DNA of 32,000 nucleotides from Aquifex aeolicus VF5 (GTDB taxonomy: Bacteria > Aquificota > Aquificia > Aquificales > Aquificaceae), in the NCBI RefSeq assembly GCF_000008625.1, contig NC_000918.1, forward strand, positions 60,001 to 92,000, in the 5' to 3' direction. Shown here in pieces: positions 18,903-28,596 of this stretch (the stretch's first letter is position 1; the number at the start of each line of letters is the position of its first letter). The notes beneath the pieces were generated by a model. That model worked only from the letters and a program-made list of their open reading frames with translations, had not been told where the DNA came from and made no database searches. The position numbers and the translations under genes are program-made.

Positions 18903-19300
18903 TGAAAGAAAAATTAGCCTTAGCCCTGCTCTCTTTTTTTCTGGGGCTTGGTTCCTTCTTCAGTTTTTACGTTGCACCTACCCTTTTTAAAGTTTTAGAA
19001 AGACAGCAGGCGGGAGCTGTAGTAGAAAAAGTTTTTCCCGTTTACTTCGGACTTGGTATCATTTTAGTGGGCATTTCTCTCTTTCTTGGGAGAGACTCTG
19101 GAAAACTCTTTTTATCTCTTGGAATTCTTAACCTTTTACTTTTATTACTTCAGGAATTTATCGTAATACCTAAGCTTCACGGTTTGAAGGCTACCAATTA
19201 TGAGCTTTTTTTAAAGTACCACGGAGTATCCATGGGAATAAACCTCGCGATTTTACTTCTGACTTTAGGGAAAGTTCTTATACTAATTTTCAAGAGGTAA
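18902..19300 (+). CDS. Four-TM membrane protein, DUF4149/TMEM205-like
   Basis: ALALLSFFLGLGSFFSFYVAPTLFKVLERQQAGAVVEKVFPVYFGLGI: the APxLF...AG.vv..vFP.YF pattern of this family. Confidence 0.65.
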   Translation: MKEKLALALLSFFLGLGSFFSFYVAPTLFKVLERQQAGAVVEKVFPVYFGLGIILVGISLFLGRDSGKLFLSLGILNLLLLLLQEFIVIPKLHGLKATNYELFLKYHGVSMGINLAILLLTLGKVLILIFKR

Positions 19301-19304
19301 TTAA

Positions 19305-19748
19305 ATGAATGTGAAAGAAGGTGTAAAGGAGTTAATACTGAGCTACGGAAAAAACTTAGCGGAGCTTGAACCCATAAACACAAAGCTTATTGAGTACAAA
19401 CTAAAACTGAAGGCTCAAATAATAAAGACCCTTTCTCTTGACGTGGACAAATCCACAAAAGAAGAGATGTTCAAAGACATGCTCGAAGGCGTAAACGAAG
19501 CGGTGGCGGAAATCGCAAAGGAAATGGACACCCAGAACGAGAGAATGATAGAGAGGTACATGCTTTTCTTTGAATCCACGAGTGAAGTCCTGAAAGAATT
19601 CATGGAAGGAGATTACATAGAGGACAAACACGAACTTTCCCAAACTTTAGGGAAAATCTCCAAGATACTTGAAAAGCTAAGACTTGATTTAAAAGAAAAA
19701 CAAAAGGGAATACTCAAGTTCATCAGAAGGTTGATATTTAGAACTTAA
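19305..19748 (+). CDS. Hypothetical helical protein
   Basis: 147 aa charged helical ORF with good spacing between neighbouring co-directional genes; no family recognised. Confidence 0.6.
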   Translation: MNVKEGVKELILSYGKNLAELEPINTKLIEYKLKLKAQIIKTLSLDVDKSTKEEMFKDMLEGVNEAVAEIAKEMDTQNERMIERYMLFFESTSEVLKEFMEGDYIEDKHELSQTLGKISKILEKLRLDLKEKQKGILKFIRRLIFRT

Positions 19749-20566
19749 TGCTCCTTTCCTTTTTAGTTTACGTCCTCGCCTGGGCTTTTCAGGCCTTTAC
19801 TGGTTTCGGTGCAGGTATTTTCATAGTCGGTATACTCTCCCTTTTTTACGAGCCGAAAACCGTTATAGTTTCCTCAACGGTTGTCAACCTCCTCGGTATA
19901 ATCTCCATGCTCCTTTTCCTCGGAAAAATCACGAGACCGAACTTTAAAATCCTATTCCCTTTAATCGCCGGTTCAGTTGCAGGCATAGGTGTAAGTGCAA
20001 AGCTCTTAATGGAAATAGACAGAGAAGTCCTGAAGGCTTTAATAGGAGGATTTGTTTTATTTCTGGGGATTTACGACTTTTTAGTTCAGACTAATTCTTT
20101 GAAATTTAGGTTAAAGGCATCTCCTTTCGTAGGCGTCTTTACGGGATTTTTGAGCGGTATCTTTGCGGGACTTATCGGAATGGGAGGACCCCCGCCGGTG
20201 GTTTACCTGAACCAGGTTTGCAGAGATTTAAACACTTACAAAATCACCCTCTCCTTCTTTTTTGCCACTAACGTGGTTTTCAGGATAATCTTTTATCTCC
20301 TCTACGGAGGAACTGAGTACTGGAGTTACGAACTCATACTTCCCGCCTTTCTGGGAGCACCTCTCGGCGTTTTTGCAGGTATCTACCTTTCACGTTACTT
20401 TACTCCTTACTTCGTCAAGAGGTTTATCTCCCTCAGCGTCCTCTCCCTCGGGCTCTTCCTCCTTCTGGAAGGTCTGAAGGAGTTTTCCCACGACTTTTTT
20501 AAACACAGTGTAATAGAAGAGAGCCCTTACGGCGGTCTCAAAAGTCATAAAACCCCAGGGAACTAA
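19748..20566 (+). CDS. TauE/SafE-family sulfite/anion exporter-like membrane protein
   Basis: FQAFTGFGAGIFIVGILSLFYEPKTVIVSSTVVNLLG and second repeat GIFAGLIGMGGPPPVVYLN. Confidence 0.85.
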   Translation: MLLSFLVYVLAWAFQAFTGFGAGIFIVGILSLFYEPKTVIVSSTVVNLLGIISMLLFLGKITRPNFKILFPLIAGSVAGIGVSAKLLMEIDREVLKALIGGFVLFLGIYDFLVQTNSLKFRLKASPFVGVFTGFLSGIFAGLIGMGGPPPVVYLNQVCRDLNTYKITLSFFFATNVVFRIIFYLLYGGTEYWSYELILPAFLGAPLGVFAGIYLSRYFTPYFVKRFISLSVLSLGLFLLLEGLKEFSHDFFKHSVIEESPYGGLKSHKTPGN

Positions 20567-21808
20567 GGGAGAGTGAATAACCTTAAGCAAAAAGTAAGAA
20601 GGGATTATCCTGAATAGCCAGAAGGAGCTTATGTTTACGAAGAGGGGTATATGCGTCTTTCCCATACCCTTTAACGCCCCAGAGTATATGGACGCGTAAG
20701 CCATAGCGGGCTGAGAAATTCCGACTATCTGAAGGTAGTAAGAGGCCCACTCGATTACTTCCGGATCCCTGCTGAAGGGATAAACGAGGTAGTGGGGAAA
20801 GAGTATGAGGATTAAACCCGTTAAGCTCATAACGAGGGCCGTAAAGTGGGCGGAGGTGTTTACCGCGTGAACCATTCCGCGGTAGTTCCTTGCTCCGTAA
20901 TTCTGACCCGCCAGCGTTGTGCTCGCAATCATCACACCGAAGCCTATCATAAAGGAAATGCTCTCTATCCTGAGACCTATCTGGTGGGCTGCGAGAACCT
21001 TGTCCCCGAATTTGGCAAGAAAACCTACGAAGACGTTAAAGGAAAGCGTGGTTATAGCCCTCTCAAGAGCGGTAGGTGTCCCGAGTCTCACCATTTTAAA
21101 GAGCAGTTTCGGCTCAAGTCTGAGGTGCAGGGGAAAGGGCTTTTTAAAAAAGATGAGGAGAAAGGTGTATATAAAAAAGGCGAGTATCTCCGAAATCGCT
21201 ATTCCCCAACCAGCACCCTCCACTCCGAGTTTTGGAAGTCCGAACTTTCCGTTTATCAGGGTATAAGCGGTGCCTATGTGCGTTAAGTTCATGATTATGG
21301 CGACCTTCATGGGTGTCTTTGTGTCCCCGGCTCCGTTGTAAGCTCCGTAAAAGGTATTCGTTAAAAAGCCGATTGGTATGAACCAGAAAATGGGAGTGAG
21401 GTATTCCTTTGCCAGACTCCTTACCGTTTCACTCGCCCCGAGAACTTTCATTAAAAACAGAACGAAATCCTTTCCGTAAAAGAACAAAGGGAGGGAAATT
21501 AAGAAGGACAAGAATAAACCGTTTATGAGTATGGGAGATGGGTCCTTTTTTGCCCCGACGAACTGGGCTATTAAAATGTTCGTTCCCGAGTAGGAGAGAG
21601 CCATCAGGGAGTAGATGAACCAGAGAAGCGAGAGGGAAAAACCCGTCGCCGCAACCGCGGAGGGAGAAATGGAGGAAACGAGAATCATGGATATCATGTT
21701 TTCCACAGTGTAGAGGAGGTTCACCACTATTATGGGTATGGAGAGTTTTACAACTTTCTTTATAACGCTCAGATACGGCTCGTTGGGATTCACAATAATC
21801 CTTTGCAT
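20390..21808 (-). CDS. MATE-family efflux transporter
   Basis: 472 aa, 12 TM; [46 protein letters not shown]-like [12 protein letters not shown]. Confidence 0.88.
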   Translation of the reverse strand: MQRIIVNPNEPYLSVIKKVVKLSIPIIVVNLLYTVENMISMILVSSISPSAVAATGFSLSLLWFIYSLMALSYSGTNILIAQFVGAKKDPSPILINGLFLSFLISLPLFFYGKDFVLFLMKVLGASETVRSLAKEYLTPIFWFIPIGFLTNTFYGAYNGAGDTKTPMKVAIIMNLTHIGTAYTLINGKFGLPKLGVEGAGWGIAISEILAFFIYTFLLIFFKKPFPLHLRLEPKLLFKMVRLGTPTALERAITTLSFNVFVGFLAKFGDKVLAAHQIGLRIESISFMIGFGVMIASTTLAGQNYGARNYRGMVHAVNTSAHFTALVMSLTGLILILFPHYLVYPFSRDPEVIEWASYYLQIVGISQPAMAYASIYSGALKGMGKTHIPLFVNISSFWLFRIIPSYFLLKVIHSPLVPWGFMTFETAVRALFYYTVFKKVVGKLLQTFQKEEEPEGEDAEGDKPLDEVRSKVT

Positions 21809-21822
21809 TAAAATTATTTTCC

Positions 21823-22287
21823 ATGCAAATTTACGAAGGGAAACTAACCGCTGAAGGGCTGAGGTTCGGTATAGTGGCTTCCAGGTTCAACCACGCACTC
21901 GTGGATAGACTAGTTGAGGGAGCTATAGACTGCATAGTAAGACACGGGGGAAGGGAAGAAGACATAACGCTCGTTAGAGTGCCGGGCTCCTGGGAAATTC
22001 CCGTGGCTGCGGGAGAGCTTGCGAGAAAAGAGGACATAGACGCTGTGATAGCGATAGGAGTTCTAATAAGGGGGGCTACTCCCCACTTTGATTACATAGC
22101 CTCTGAAGTGTCAAAAGGGCTTGCGAACCTTTCCTTAGAACTGAGAAAACCCATAACCTTCGGTGTTATAACTGCGGACACCTTGGAGCAGGCGATAGAA
22201 AGGGCGGGAACAAAGCACGGGAATAAGGGCTGGGAAGCTGCACTTTCCGCAATAGAAATGGCAAACTTATTTAAGAGTCTGAGATGA
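21823..22287 (+). CDS. ribH: 6,7-dimethyl-8-ribityllumazine synthase
   Basis: [75 protein letters not shown]...GNKGWEAA. Confidence 0.97.
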   Translation: MQIYEGKLTAEGLRFGIVASRFNHALVDRLVEGAIDCIVRHGGREEDITLVRVPGSWEIPVAAGELARKEDIDAVIAIGVLIRGATPHFDYIASEVSKGLANLSLELRKPITFGVITADTLEQAIERAGTKHGNKGWEAALSAIEMANLFKSLR

Positions 22288-22730
22288 GGTATCGGAAAGG
22301 TGCAAGGGACACCGCCTTCCTGGTTTTATACAGGTGGGACTTAAGGGGTGAAAATCCAGGAGAACTCTTCAAAGAAGTTGTGGAGGAAAAAAACATTAAA
22401 AACAAGGACGCCTACGAATACGCCAAAAAGCTTGTGGATACCGCGGTAAGGCACATAGAGGAAATAGACTCTATAATAGAAAAACACCTGAAGGGCTGGA
22501 GTATAGACAGACTCGGCTACGTTGAGAGGAATGCCCTGAGGCTTGGAGTTGCCGAACTCATCTTTTTAAAGAGTAAGGAACCTGGAAGGGTGTTTATAGA
22601 CATAGTGGATTTAGTAAAGAAGTACGCGGACGAAAAGGCAGGAAAGTTCGTAAACGGAGTGCTTTCCGCCATTTACAAGGCTTACATTACTTCTTCAAAA
22701 GAAGAAAAACCAAGTTTAAAATCAGAGTGA
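22284..22730 (+). CDS. nusB: Transcription antitermination factor NusB
   Basis: [18 protein letters not shown]...; [14 protein letters not shown]; [27 protein letters not shown]. Confidence 0.92.
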   Translation: MRYRKGARDTAFLVLYRWDLRGENPGELFKEVVEEKNIKNKDAYEYAKKLVDTAVRHIEEIDSIIEKHLKGWSIDRLGYVERNALRLGVAELIFLKSKEPGRVFIDIVDLVKKYADEKAGKFVNGVLSAIYKAYITSSKEEKPSLKSE

Positions 22731-22914
22731 GCAGGAGGCTGAGCAAAATCGCGGTAGTTATGGGAATGTAAACAACGAAGTTGTCCCTCTTTATGTATAT
22801 ATCACCGGGAAGTTTCCCAAGTCCCAGGGGAAGTTTTTCAAAGAACAGGAGAAGGAGTCCGATTATAACAAGGACGATACCGAAGAAAATCAATACTTTC
22901 CCTATCTCTCCCAT
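22687..22914 (-). CDS. DUF2905-type small membrane protein
   Basis: [61 protein letters not shown]. Confidence 0.85.
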   Translation of the reverse strand: MGEIGKVLIFFGIVLVIIGLLLLFFEKLPLGLGKLPGDIYIKRDNFVVYIPITTAILLSLLLTLILNLVFLLLKK

Positions 22915-22931
22915 ACCTTAAATTTTAGTGT

Positions 22932-23387
22932 ATGAGACAGGTCTCCGTCATAGGCTCATCAAAGGCAAGCGAAGAGGAGTACGAATTTGCCTACAGGCTC
23001 GGAAAAGAATTAGCAAAGAGGAACTTGGTGGTGGTTTGCGGAGGGAGGACAGGTGTGATGGAGGCAGTATGCAAAGGTGCAAAGGAAGAGGGAGGACTCA
23101 CAATAGGAATAATGCCCTCCTACGACGGACACGAAGCAAACCCTTACGTGGATATAAAGGTAAACACGGGAATGAACTGGAACAGAAATCCCATAGTTGT
23201 TGCAAGCAGTGAAATGGTTCTGGCGGTAGGAGGAAATTACGGAACACTCTCGGAAATAGCCTACGCCCTAATTCTGGGAAAGTATGTGGTAGGTTATAAA
23301 ACGCACAAAGTGGAAGGTGTTGAACAAGTAGAGAGTTTAGAAGAAATGCTTAAAAAAGTCGATGAATTCTTCGGAGGGAGGCTATGA
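22932..23387 (+). CDS. SLOG/TIGR00725-like (LOG-related) nucleotide-binding protein
   Basis: VSVIGSSKASEEEYEFAYRLGKELAKRNLVVVCGGRTGVMEAVCKGAKEEGGLTIGIMP and VGGNYGTLSEIAYAL. Confidence 0.82.
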   Translation: MRQVSVIGSSKASEEEYEFAYRLGKELAKRNLVVVCGGRTGVMEAVCKGAKEEGGLTIGIMPSYDGHEANPYVDIKVNTGMNWNRNPIVVASSEMVLAVGGNYGTLSEIAYALILGKYVVGYKTHKVEGVEQVESLEEMLKKVDEFFGGRL

Positions 23388-24331
23388 AAGTATTCATAAC
23401 CGGAGCGACTGGATTTGTTGGGAGGCACATCGTAAGGGAACTATTAAACAGAGGGTATGAGGTCCACGCTGGTGTAAGGAACTTAAGCAAACTCGAAAGA
23501 CTCTTCGGAAATCAGGTAAAGGGCTACATAGTGAACTTTGACGAAAAGGACTCTATAAGGGAAGCATTAGGAAAAGTAAATCCCGACTTCGTAATTCACC
23601 TAATAGGCATACTCTATGAAGAAAAGAAAAAAGGAATAACTTTTGAAAGGGTTCACTACGGCCACACGAAAAACCTTGTAGAAGTTTCAAAGGGGTTCAA
23701 CGTAAAGAAGTTCCTATTCATGAGCGCCCTCGGAACCCACGACGAAGCACCCTCCCGTTACCACCAGACCAAAAGGTGGGCGGAAAGGGAAGTCATAAAC
23801 TCCGGTCTCAATTACACGATTTTCAGACCTTCTATAATCCTGGGGCCTGAACAAAAACTCTTTTTTGATATGTACAAAATAACCAAATACATTCCCGTAG
23901 TAGCCCTTCCCGATTTCGGGAATTACCAGTTCCAGCCCGTTGACGTGAGAGACGTGGCGTGTGCTTACGCGGAAGCCCTTAAAAATCCCGAAACCGACAG
24001 GAAGATTTACGAGCTTTGTGGGACTAAGGTTGTAACCTTTAAAGAACTCCTTGCGGACATATTCTCCTACTGGGACAGAAAGGTTCTCATGATACCGATG
24101 CCCAAAAAGCTTATGTACTTCGCGGGCTTGATTGTGGAAAAGATAATAGAACCCCCTCCCTTTTCTTCTGACCAGATAAAGATGATGTGGAAACCTAACG
24201 TGTGCGGAGTGTTAAAAGATGAGGCTATTTCCAACGGAATTAAATCTATTTGCAAAAGAGAACCCATACCTTATGAAGAGAGTTTAAAGTGGTCTCTCGA
24301 AAATTTTGATATAATAATTAAAGGAAAATAA
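23384..24331 (+). CDS. NAD(P)-dependent SDR (NDUFA9-like/NmrA-type)
   Basis: MKVFITGATGFVGRHIVRELLNRGYEVHAGVRN; NYTIFRPSIILGP; FQPVDVRDVACAYAEAL. Confidence 0.85.
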   Translation: MKVFITGATGFVGRHIVRELLNRGYEVHAGVRNLSKLERLFGNQVKGYIVNFDEKDSIREALGKVNPDFVIHLIGILYEEKKKGITFERVHYGHTKNLVEVSKGFNVKKFLFMSALGTHDEAPSRYHQTKRWAEREVINSGLNYTIFRPSIILGPEQKLFFDMYKITKYIPVVALPDFGNYQFQPVDVRDVACAYAEALKNPETDRKIYELCGTKVVTFKELLADIFSYWDRKVLMIPMPKKLMYFAGLIVEKIIEPPPFSSDQIKMMWKPNVCGVLKDEAISNGIKSICKREPIPYEESLKWSLENFDIIIKGK

Positions 24332-24353
24332 TTTTCAATTAGGAGGTGGAAAC

Positions 24354-25421
24354 ATGAGAAAAGGTTTACTCCTAATGGCGGTATTCGCAGGCTTTGTGGT
24401 GGCAAAGGAAAAGATTGACGACAAGGAACTCCTTAAAATGGCAAGGCAGTACTTCAAACCCCTCCCCAAAGTTGCGGAAAATCCCCAAAATCCTGTTACC
24501 CCAGAGAAGGTAAAGCTCGGAAAGATGCTCTACTACGATCCCAGACTTTCAAAGAGCGGACTAATCAGCTGTAACACCTGTCACAACCTCGCGAGGTACG
24601 GAGTTGATAACCTCCCGACTTCCATAGGACACAGGTGGGCTATTGGACCAAGAAACGCACCCACGGTTTACAACGCCGCAATCCACATAGCTCAGTTCTG
24701 GGACGGAAGGGCTAAGGACGTTGAAGAGCAGGCTCTCGGACCCATAGTAAACCCAATAGAAATGGCAAATACCGAAGAAAACGCCGTAAAGACTTTAAAA
24801 TCCATACCCGAATACGTAGAACTCTTCAAAAAAGCGTTCCCCAACGAAAAGGATCCCGTTAAGTACGAAAACATAGGAAAGGCAATAGGTGCCTTTGAAA
24901 GAACTCTTATGACTCCCTCAAGGTTTGACGAATTCCTGAAAGGAAACACGAAAGCTCTAACAGAACAAGAAAAGAGAGGACTCAAGACATTCATAGAAGT
25001 GGGGTGTGTGGCTTGCCACAACGGACCAGGTGTAGGCGGAAACATGTTTGCTAAGTTCGGAATGATTACCGAGTACTGGAAAGTTACTTATCCTTACGTT
25101 CTCGTAGGAAAACCTGCGATAAAGGTTGACTTCGGTAGGTTCGGTGTGACGAAGAAAGAAGAAGACATGTTCGTATTCAAAGTTCCTTCCCTCAGGAACA
25201 TAGAACACACGTACCCCTACTTCCACGACGGAAGCGTGTGGAGCCTTGAAGACGCTGTAAGGATAATGGCAAAAACTCAGCTAGGAAAAGAACTCACGGA
25301 CCAGCAGGTTAAAGATATAGTTGCCTTCCTCAAAGCCCTAACCGGTAAGATACCAAAGCACGCACTTGAAGTTCCCGAACTACCCCCGTCCACAGACAAA
25401 ACCCCGAAACCCGAACTTTAA
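24354..25421 (+). CDS. Di-heme cytochrome c peroxidase (CcpA/MauG family)
   Basis: Signal peptide; two CxxCH motifs (SCNTCHNLA, GCVACHNGPG); LGKMLYYDPRLS; NAPTVYNAA; FWDGRAKDVEEQA; SLRNIEHTYPYFHDGSV. Confidence 0.94.
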   Translation: MRKGLLLMAVFAGFVVAKEKIDDKELLKMARQYFKPLPKVAENPQNPVTPEKVKLGKMLYYDPRLSKSGLISCNTCHNLARYGVDNLPTSIGHRWAIGPRNAPTVYNAAIHIAQFWDGRAKDVEEQALGPIVNPIEMANTEENAVKTLKSIPEYVELFKKAFPNEKDPVKYENIGKAIGAFERTLMTPSRFDEFLKGNTKALTEQEKRGLKTFIEVGCVACHNGPGVGGNMFAKFGMITEYWKVTYPYVLVGKPAIKVDFGRFGVTKKEEDMFVFKVPSLRNIEHTYPYFHDGSVWSLEDAVRIMAKTQLGKELTDQQVKDIVAFLKALTGKIPKHALEVPELPPSTDKTPKPEL

Positions 25422-26488
25422 TACCTTTTAAAGAAAATAACTAAATCCTCCCCCAAGTTTTCCACTTTTTTCTTTCTCACTTTTAAACTTTCTTCTATAC
25501 TTCTTATCCCGAGGTCACCTATACTCAAGCCCTCCCCCATAATTTTGGGTGCGATAAACACAACTATGCGGTCAAAGAAACCCTCCTTTAAGAAACTCGT
25601 CAGCGTTCTTGGACCACCCTCCACCATGAGGTGCATAATTTCAAGCTCTTTGAGTTTTTTAAGGATATTTTTCAGGTTAAAGCCTTTGAGGATTAAAACC
25701 TGAACTCCTTTTTCTTTGAGTTTTTCAGCTTTTTCATTCTCCTTTTTCGTTATAACAATTGTTGGAGCTTCTTCCGTATTCAGAACTTTAGCACTCAGTG
25801 GAACTTCAAGTTCAGGGTCCAGAATTATCCTTACAGGTTGTTTTTCCGTTGGAACAAACCTGACCGTTAAGTGTGGGTCGTCTTTTATGACTGTGTTTAC
25901 ACCTACCAGAACCGCAGTTGCCTCTCTCCTTAAGATGTGAGCTACCTTTCTGCTTTCCTTTGAGGTTATCCACTTACTGCTTCCCGTGAGGGTCGCGAGT
26001 TTTCCGTCCAGGGTCTGGGCCCATTTTAGCGTTATGTAAGGTCTTTCCTGAGTTATGTAAGTAAAAAAATCTTCGTTGAGTTCTCTGGCCTCCTCTTCGC
26101 ATACACCGACATCCACTTCTATTCCCGCATTTCTCAGTTTTTCAACACCTTTTCCAGACATCAAAGGATTTGGGTCAAGCGTTGCCACTACAACCCTTTT
26201 AATCCCGCTCCTTATTATCGCGTCCGTGCAGGGAGGAGTTCTCCCGAAGTGAGTACACGGCTCAAGGGTAACGTAAAGGGTTGCCCCTTTTGCTTTTTCC
26301 CCCGCCTGACCGAGAGCCATAACTTCAGCGTGAGGCTTTCCTGCTTTTTCGTGATAACCTAATCCCACGATTTTTCCTTCCTTTACGACAACCGCTCCCA
26401 CCGTAGGATTTGGATGAGTGTAGCCTTTTCTCTTCTTAGCCAGAGAGAGTGCCAACTTCATATAGTTTTTGTCTATTTCTCTTATCAT
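25418..26488 (-). CDS. ribD: Bifunctional riboflavin biosynthesis deaminase/reductase
   Basis: HPNPTVGAVVVKEGKIVGLGYHEKAGKPHAEVMAL, YVTLEPCTHFGRTPPCTDAII, and the reductase domain ITLKWAQTLDGKLAT. Confidence 0.96.
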   Translation of the reverse strand: MIREIDKNYMKLALSLAKKRKGYTHPNPTVGAVVVKEGKIVGLGYHEKAGKPHAEVMALGQAGEKAKGATLYVTLEPCTHFGRTPPCTDAIIRSGIKRVVVATLDPNPLMSGKGVEKLRNAGIEVDVGVCEEEARELNEDFFTYITQERPYITLKWAQTLDGKLATLTGSSKWITSKESRKVAHILRREATAVLVGVNTVIKDDPHLTVRFVPTEKQPVRIILDPELEVPLSAKVLNTEEAPTIVITKKENEKAEKLKEKGVQVLILKGFNLKNILKKLKELEIMHLMVEGGPRTLTSFLKEGFFDRIVVFIAPKIMGEGLSIGDLGIRSIEESLKVRKKKVENLGEDLVIFFKRY

Positions 26489-27429
26489 TTACTTAACCCC
26501 TTTACTGCTTCTACATCTTTCTTTATTTGCTGTATTAATTCTTCAACGGAGCTGAACTTCTTTTCCTCCCTTATGAACTTTAAAAACTCAACCTTTATCC
26601 TTTTTCCCCTTAAGTTCCCTTCAAAGTCAAGTATGTGAACTTCAAGAACCCTTTTCTTTTTCCCGAAGGTAGGACGATATCCGTAATTAGCAACTCCGAG
26701 GTACTTGTCTTCTACTTTTACAGCGTAAACGCCTTCCTTTAAGCACAGATTTTCCGTGTTTTGCAGGTTTGCGGTAGGAAAACCGATTTTGGAGCCTCTC
26801 TGGTCCCCCTTCACGACTTTCCTCTTAACCCAGTAGTTGTGTCCTAAGTACTCCCTTACTTCTTCTACCCTTCCTTCCCTCAAAAGTCTCCTTATAAGTG
26901 TGCTGCTGACGATGTGTCCCTTTATCTTGAATGGTTTTGCCTCTTCAACCTCAAAGCCGAGTTCACTCCCCACCTCTTTTGCGAGTTCTATCTCCCCTTC
27001 CCGTCTGTAGCCGTATCTCCAGTCGTATCCAACGAGCAGGTACCTGCACTTCAATTTCTCGTAAATTATCTTTTCGAGAAACTCCCTCGCCCTTATTTTT
27101 GCAAATTCCTTATCAAACCTTATGAAACAAAGGTAATCAACTCCCAGTTCCCGAAATATCTCTATCTTTTCGTTTATGTCCGTAAGTTCACAAGGAAGGA
27201 GTTGAGGTGCTAAAACTTTAAGCGGATGAGGACAAAAGGTAAGAACGAGAGTTTTTAAGTTTTCGCTTTTTGCTTTCTTCTTTAAGTTTTCTATTAAATA
27301 CCTGTGGCCGAGGTGAACTCCGTCAAAGTTCCCTACAGTAATCGCCGTGTTTTCCGGAACTTCTTCTAAGGTTTTCAGCCTCTTATTGGGACAGTTTTTG
27401 GAGTCAAGTTTTAGAAGAAAAACTTCCAT
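26485..27429 (-). CDS. ribF: Riboflavin kinase/FAD synthetase
   Basis: AITVGNFDGVHLGHRYLI; LVGYDWRYGYRREG; HIVSSTLIRRLLREG; GDQRGSKIGFPTANL. Confidence 0.95.
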   Translation of the reverse strand: MEVFLLKLDSKNCPNKRLKTLEEVPENTAITVGNFDGVHLGHRYLIENLKKKAKSENLKTLVLTFCPHPLKVLAPQLLPCELTDINEKIEIFRELGVDYLCFIRFDKEFAKIRAREFLEKIIYEKLKCRYLLVGYDWRYGYRREGEIELAKEVGSELGFEVEEAKPFKIKGHIVSSTLIRRLLREGRVEEVREYLGHNYWVKRKVVKGDQRGSKIGFPTANLQNTENLCLKEGVYAVKVEDKYLGVANYGYRPTFGKKKRVLEVHILDFEGNLRGKRIKVEFLKFIREEKKFSSVEELIQQIKKDVEAVKGLSK

Positions 27430-27435
27430 TAAACA

Positions 27436-27801
27436 TTAACCCGGGGGCCAGGACATTTCTCTTCCGCCTATCAGGTGAAGGTGGAGGTGAAAAACTGATT
27501 GTCCCGCATCTTTGCCTACGTTAAAGACAAGTCTGTAACCTTTATTGAGGTTCTCATCAGGTGCGATACCGAGGTCCTCTGCAATTTTCCTCGCCACGTA
27601 AAACATGTGTCCAACTAAACACTCGTCCTCGGGCTCAAGAGTTTGTATCCCCATTATGTGTTTTTTGGGAATTATAAGTATGTGAACGGGAGCTACGGGA
27701 TTTATGTCGTGGAAAGCGAGAACCTTATCGTCCTCGTAAACCTTCTTTGCGGGAACTTCCCCCCTTACGATTTTACAGAAAATACAGTCCTTCTCCTGCA
27801 T
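27436..27801 (-). CDS. HIT-family hydrolase (HinT-like)
   Basis: [44 protein letters not shown]; [15 protein letters not shown]. Confidence 0.94.
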   Translation of the reverse strand: MQEKDCIFCKIVRGEVPAKKVYEDDKVLAFHDINPVAPVHILIIPKKHIMGIQTLEPEDECLVGHMFYVARKIAEDLGIAPDENLNKGYRLVFNVGKDAGQSVFHLHLHLIGGREMSWPPG

Positions 27802-27880
27802 GTAATGTTATTTTATCCTAGTATTCATGTCGTCTAAACATGTATGAAAAGAAATTACATTCAAGAATAAGGAGTGGAAG

Positions 27881-28111
27881 ATGGAGCTGTTATTAAAAAT
27901 ACCTCTCGAAAAGGAAAAGTATGAGATAAAGGAATATCCTGAAACGGGAACGATGTTAATAGTACATAAAGACTTGAGAGGAGAGCCAGATTACTCTATA
28001 GAAGGGGAAGGTTTAGTAATAGAATTTAAAAACGGGGAGATTTACACAATAGACGTTTATGATCCGGAAGTGGCAAGAAAAATTAAGCAGGAGCTTGTTC
28101 TAGTACTTTAA
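27881..28111 (+). CDS. DUF2283-like small protein
   Basis: 76 aa; ETGTMLIVHKDLRGEPDYSIEGEGLVIEFKNGEIYTIDVYDPE resembles DUF2283; RBS aggag upstream. Confidence 0.55.
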   Translation: MELLLKIPLEKEKYEIKEYPETGTMLIVHKDLRGEPDYSIEGEGLVIEFKNGEIYTIDVYDPEVARKIKQELVLVL

Positions 28112-28155
28112 ACTTTCCTTTATACTTAATAAAAATTCCCTATGGGAGGTAAGGC

Positions 28156-28596
28156 ATGAGGAATAAAGTTCTGATAGTCCTCGCGGTGATCGCCGGAGCC
28201 CTTATATTAAAGTCCTGCGGAGAACCCTACAGCGGAGCTAAGGAAACCGTGGGAGAGTTCATGGAAGAAATCGCCGAAGGCGAAGGAAGGGACGCCATAA
28301 AGTACCTCTATCCGGCTTACAGGGATGAACTTGCAAAGAACTTCAAGCTTCCCGTTCAGTTTACGGAAATGAAACCCTCCGAAGTGCTCGCATGTGTTCT
28401 GAGCACTATGGGAAGAAACATAGACGAGGTTGAGATTAAGAAGGCTATAGCTGTCAATCCTAACACAGCCAATGTAGTGGTTAAAGTGGAAGACAAGGAA
28501 GGAATAGAGAAGTTCTTCAGCTTTACGGTTGTAAAAGAAGGAGATAAGTGGTACATAGCAAAGATTGAAAAATATATACCCCAAGTAGGAAGGTGA
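28156..28596 (+). CDS. Exported/lipoprotein-like protein with DUF4878-type fold
   Basis: VLIVLAVIAGALILKSCGEPYSGAKETVGEFMEEIAEGEGRDAIKYL...VNVVVKVEDKEGIEKFFSFTVVKEGDKWYIAKI: N-terminal membrane segment plus the NTF2-like DUF4878 pattern. Confidence 0.65.
   Translation: MRNKVLIVLAVIAGALILKSCGEPYSGAKETVGEFMEEIAEGEGRDAIKYLYPAYRDELAKNFKLPVQFTEMKPSEVLACVLSTMGRNIDEVEIKKAIAVNPNTANVVVKVEDKEGIEKFFSFTVVKEGDKWYIAKIEKYIPQVGR

Noticed and set aside
20846-21824. ORFs (plus and minus frames) over the MATE gene, including 131-aa and 146-aa candidates
   Set aside because: They overlap the conserved MATE coding frame and have no family resemblance; shadow ORFs.
22284-22914. nusB / DUF2905 convergent overlap (22687-22730) as unusual
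   Set aside because: A 44-bp overlap of tails with both families intact; minor compared with the 177-bp TauE/MATE overlap and consistent with the compact genome.
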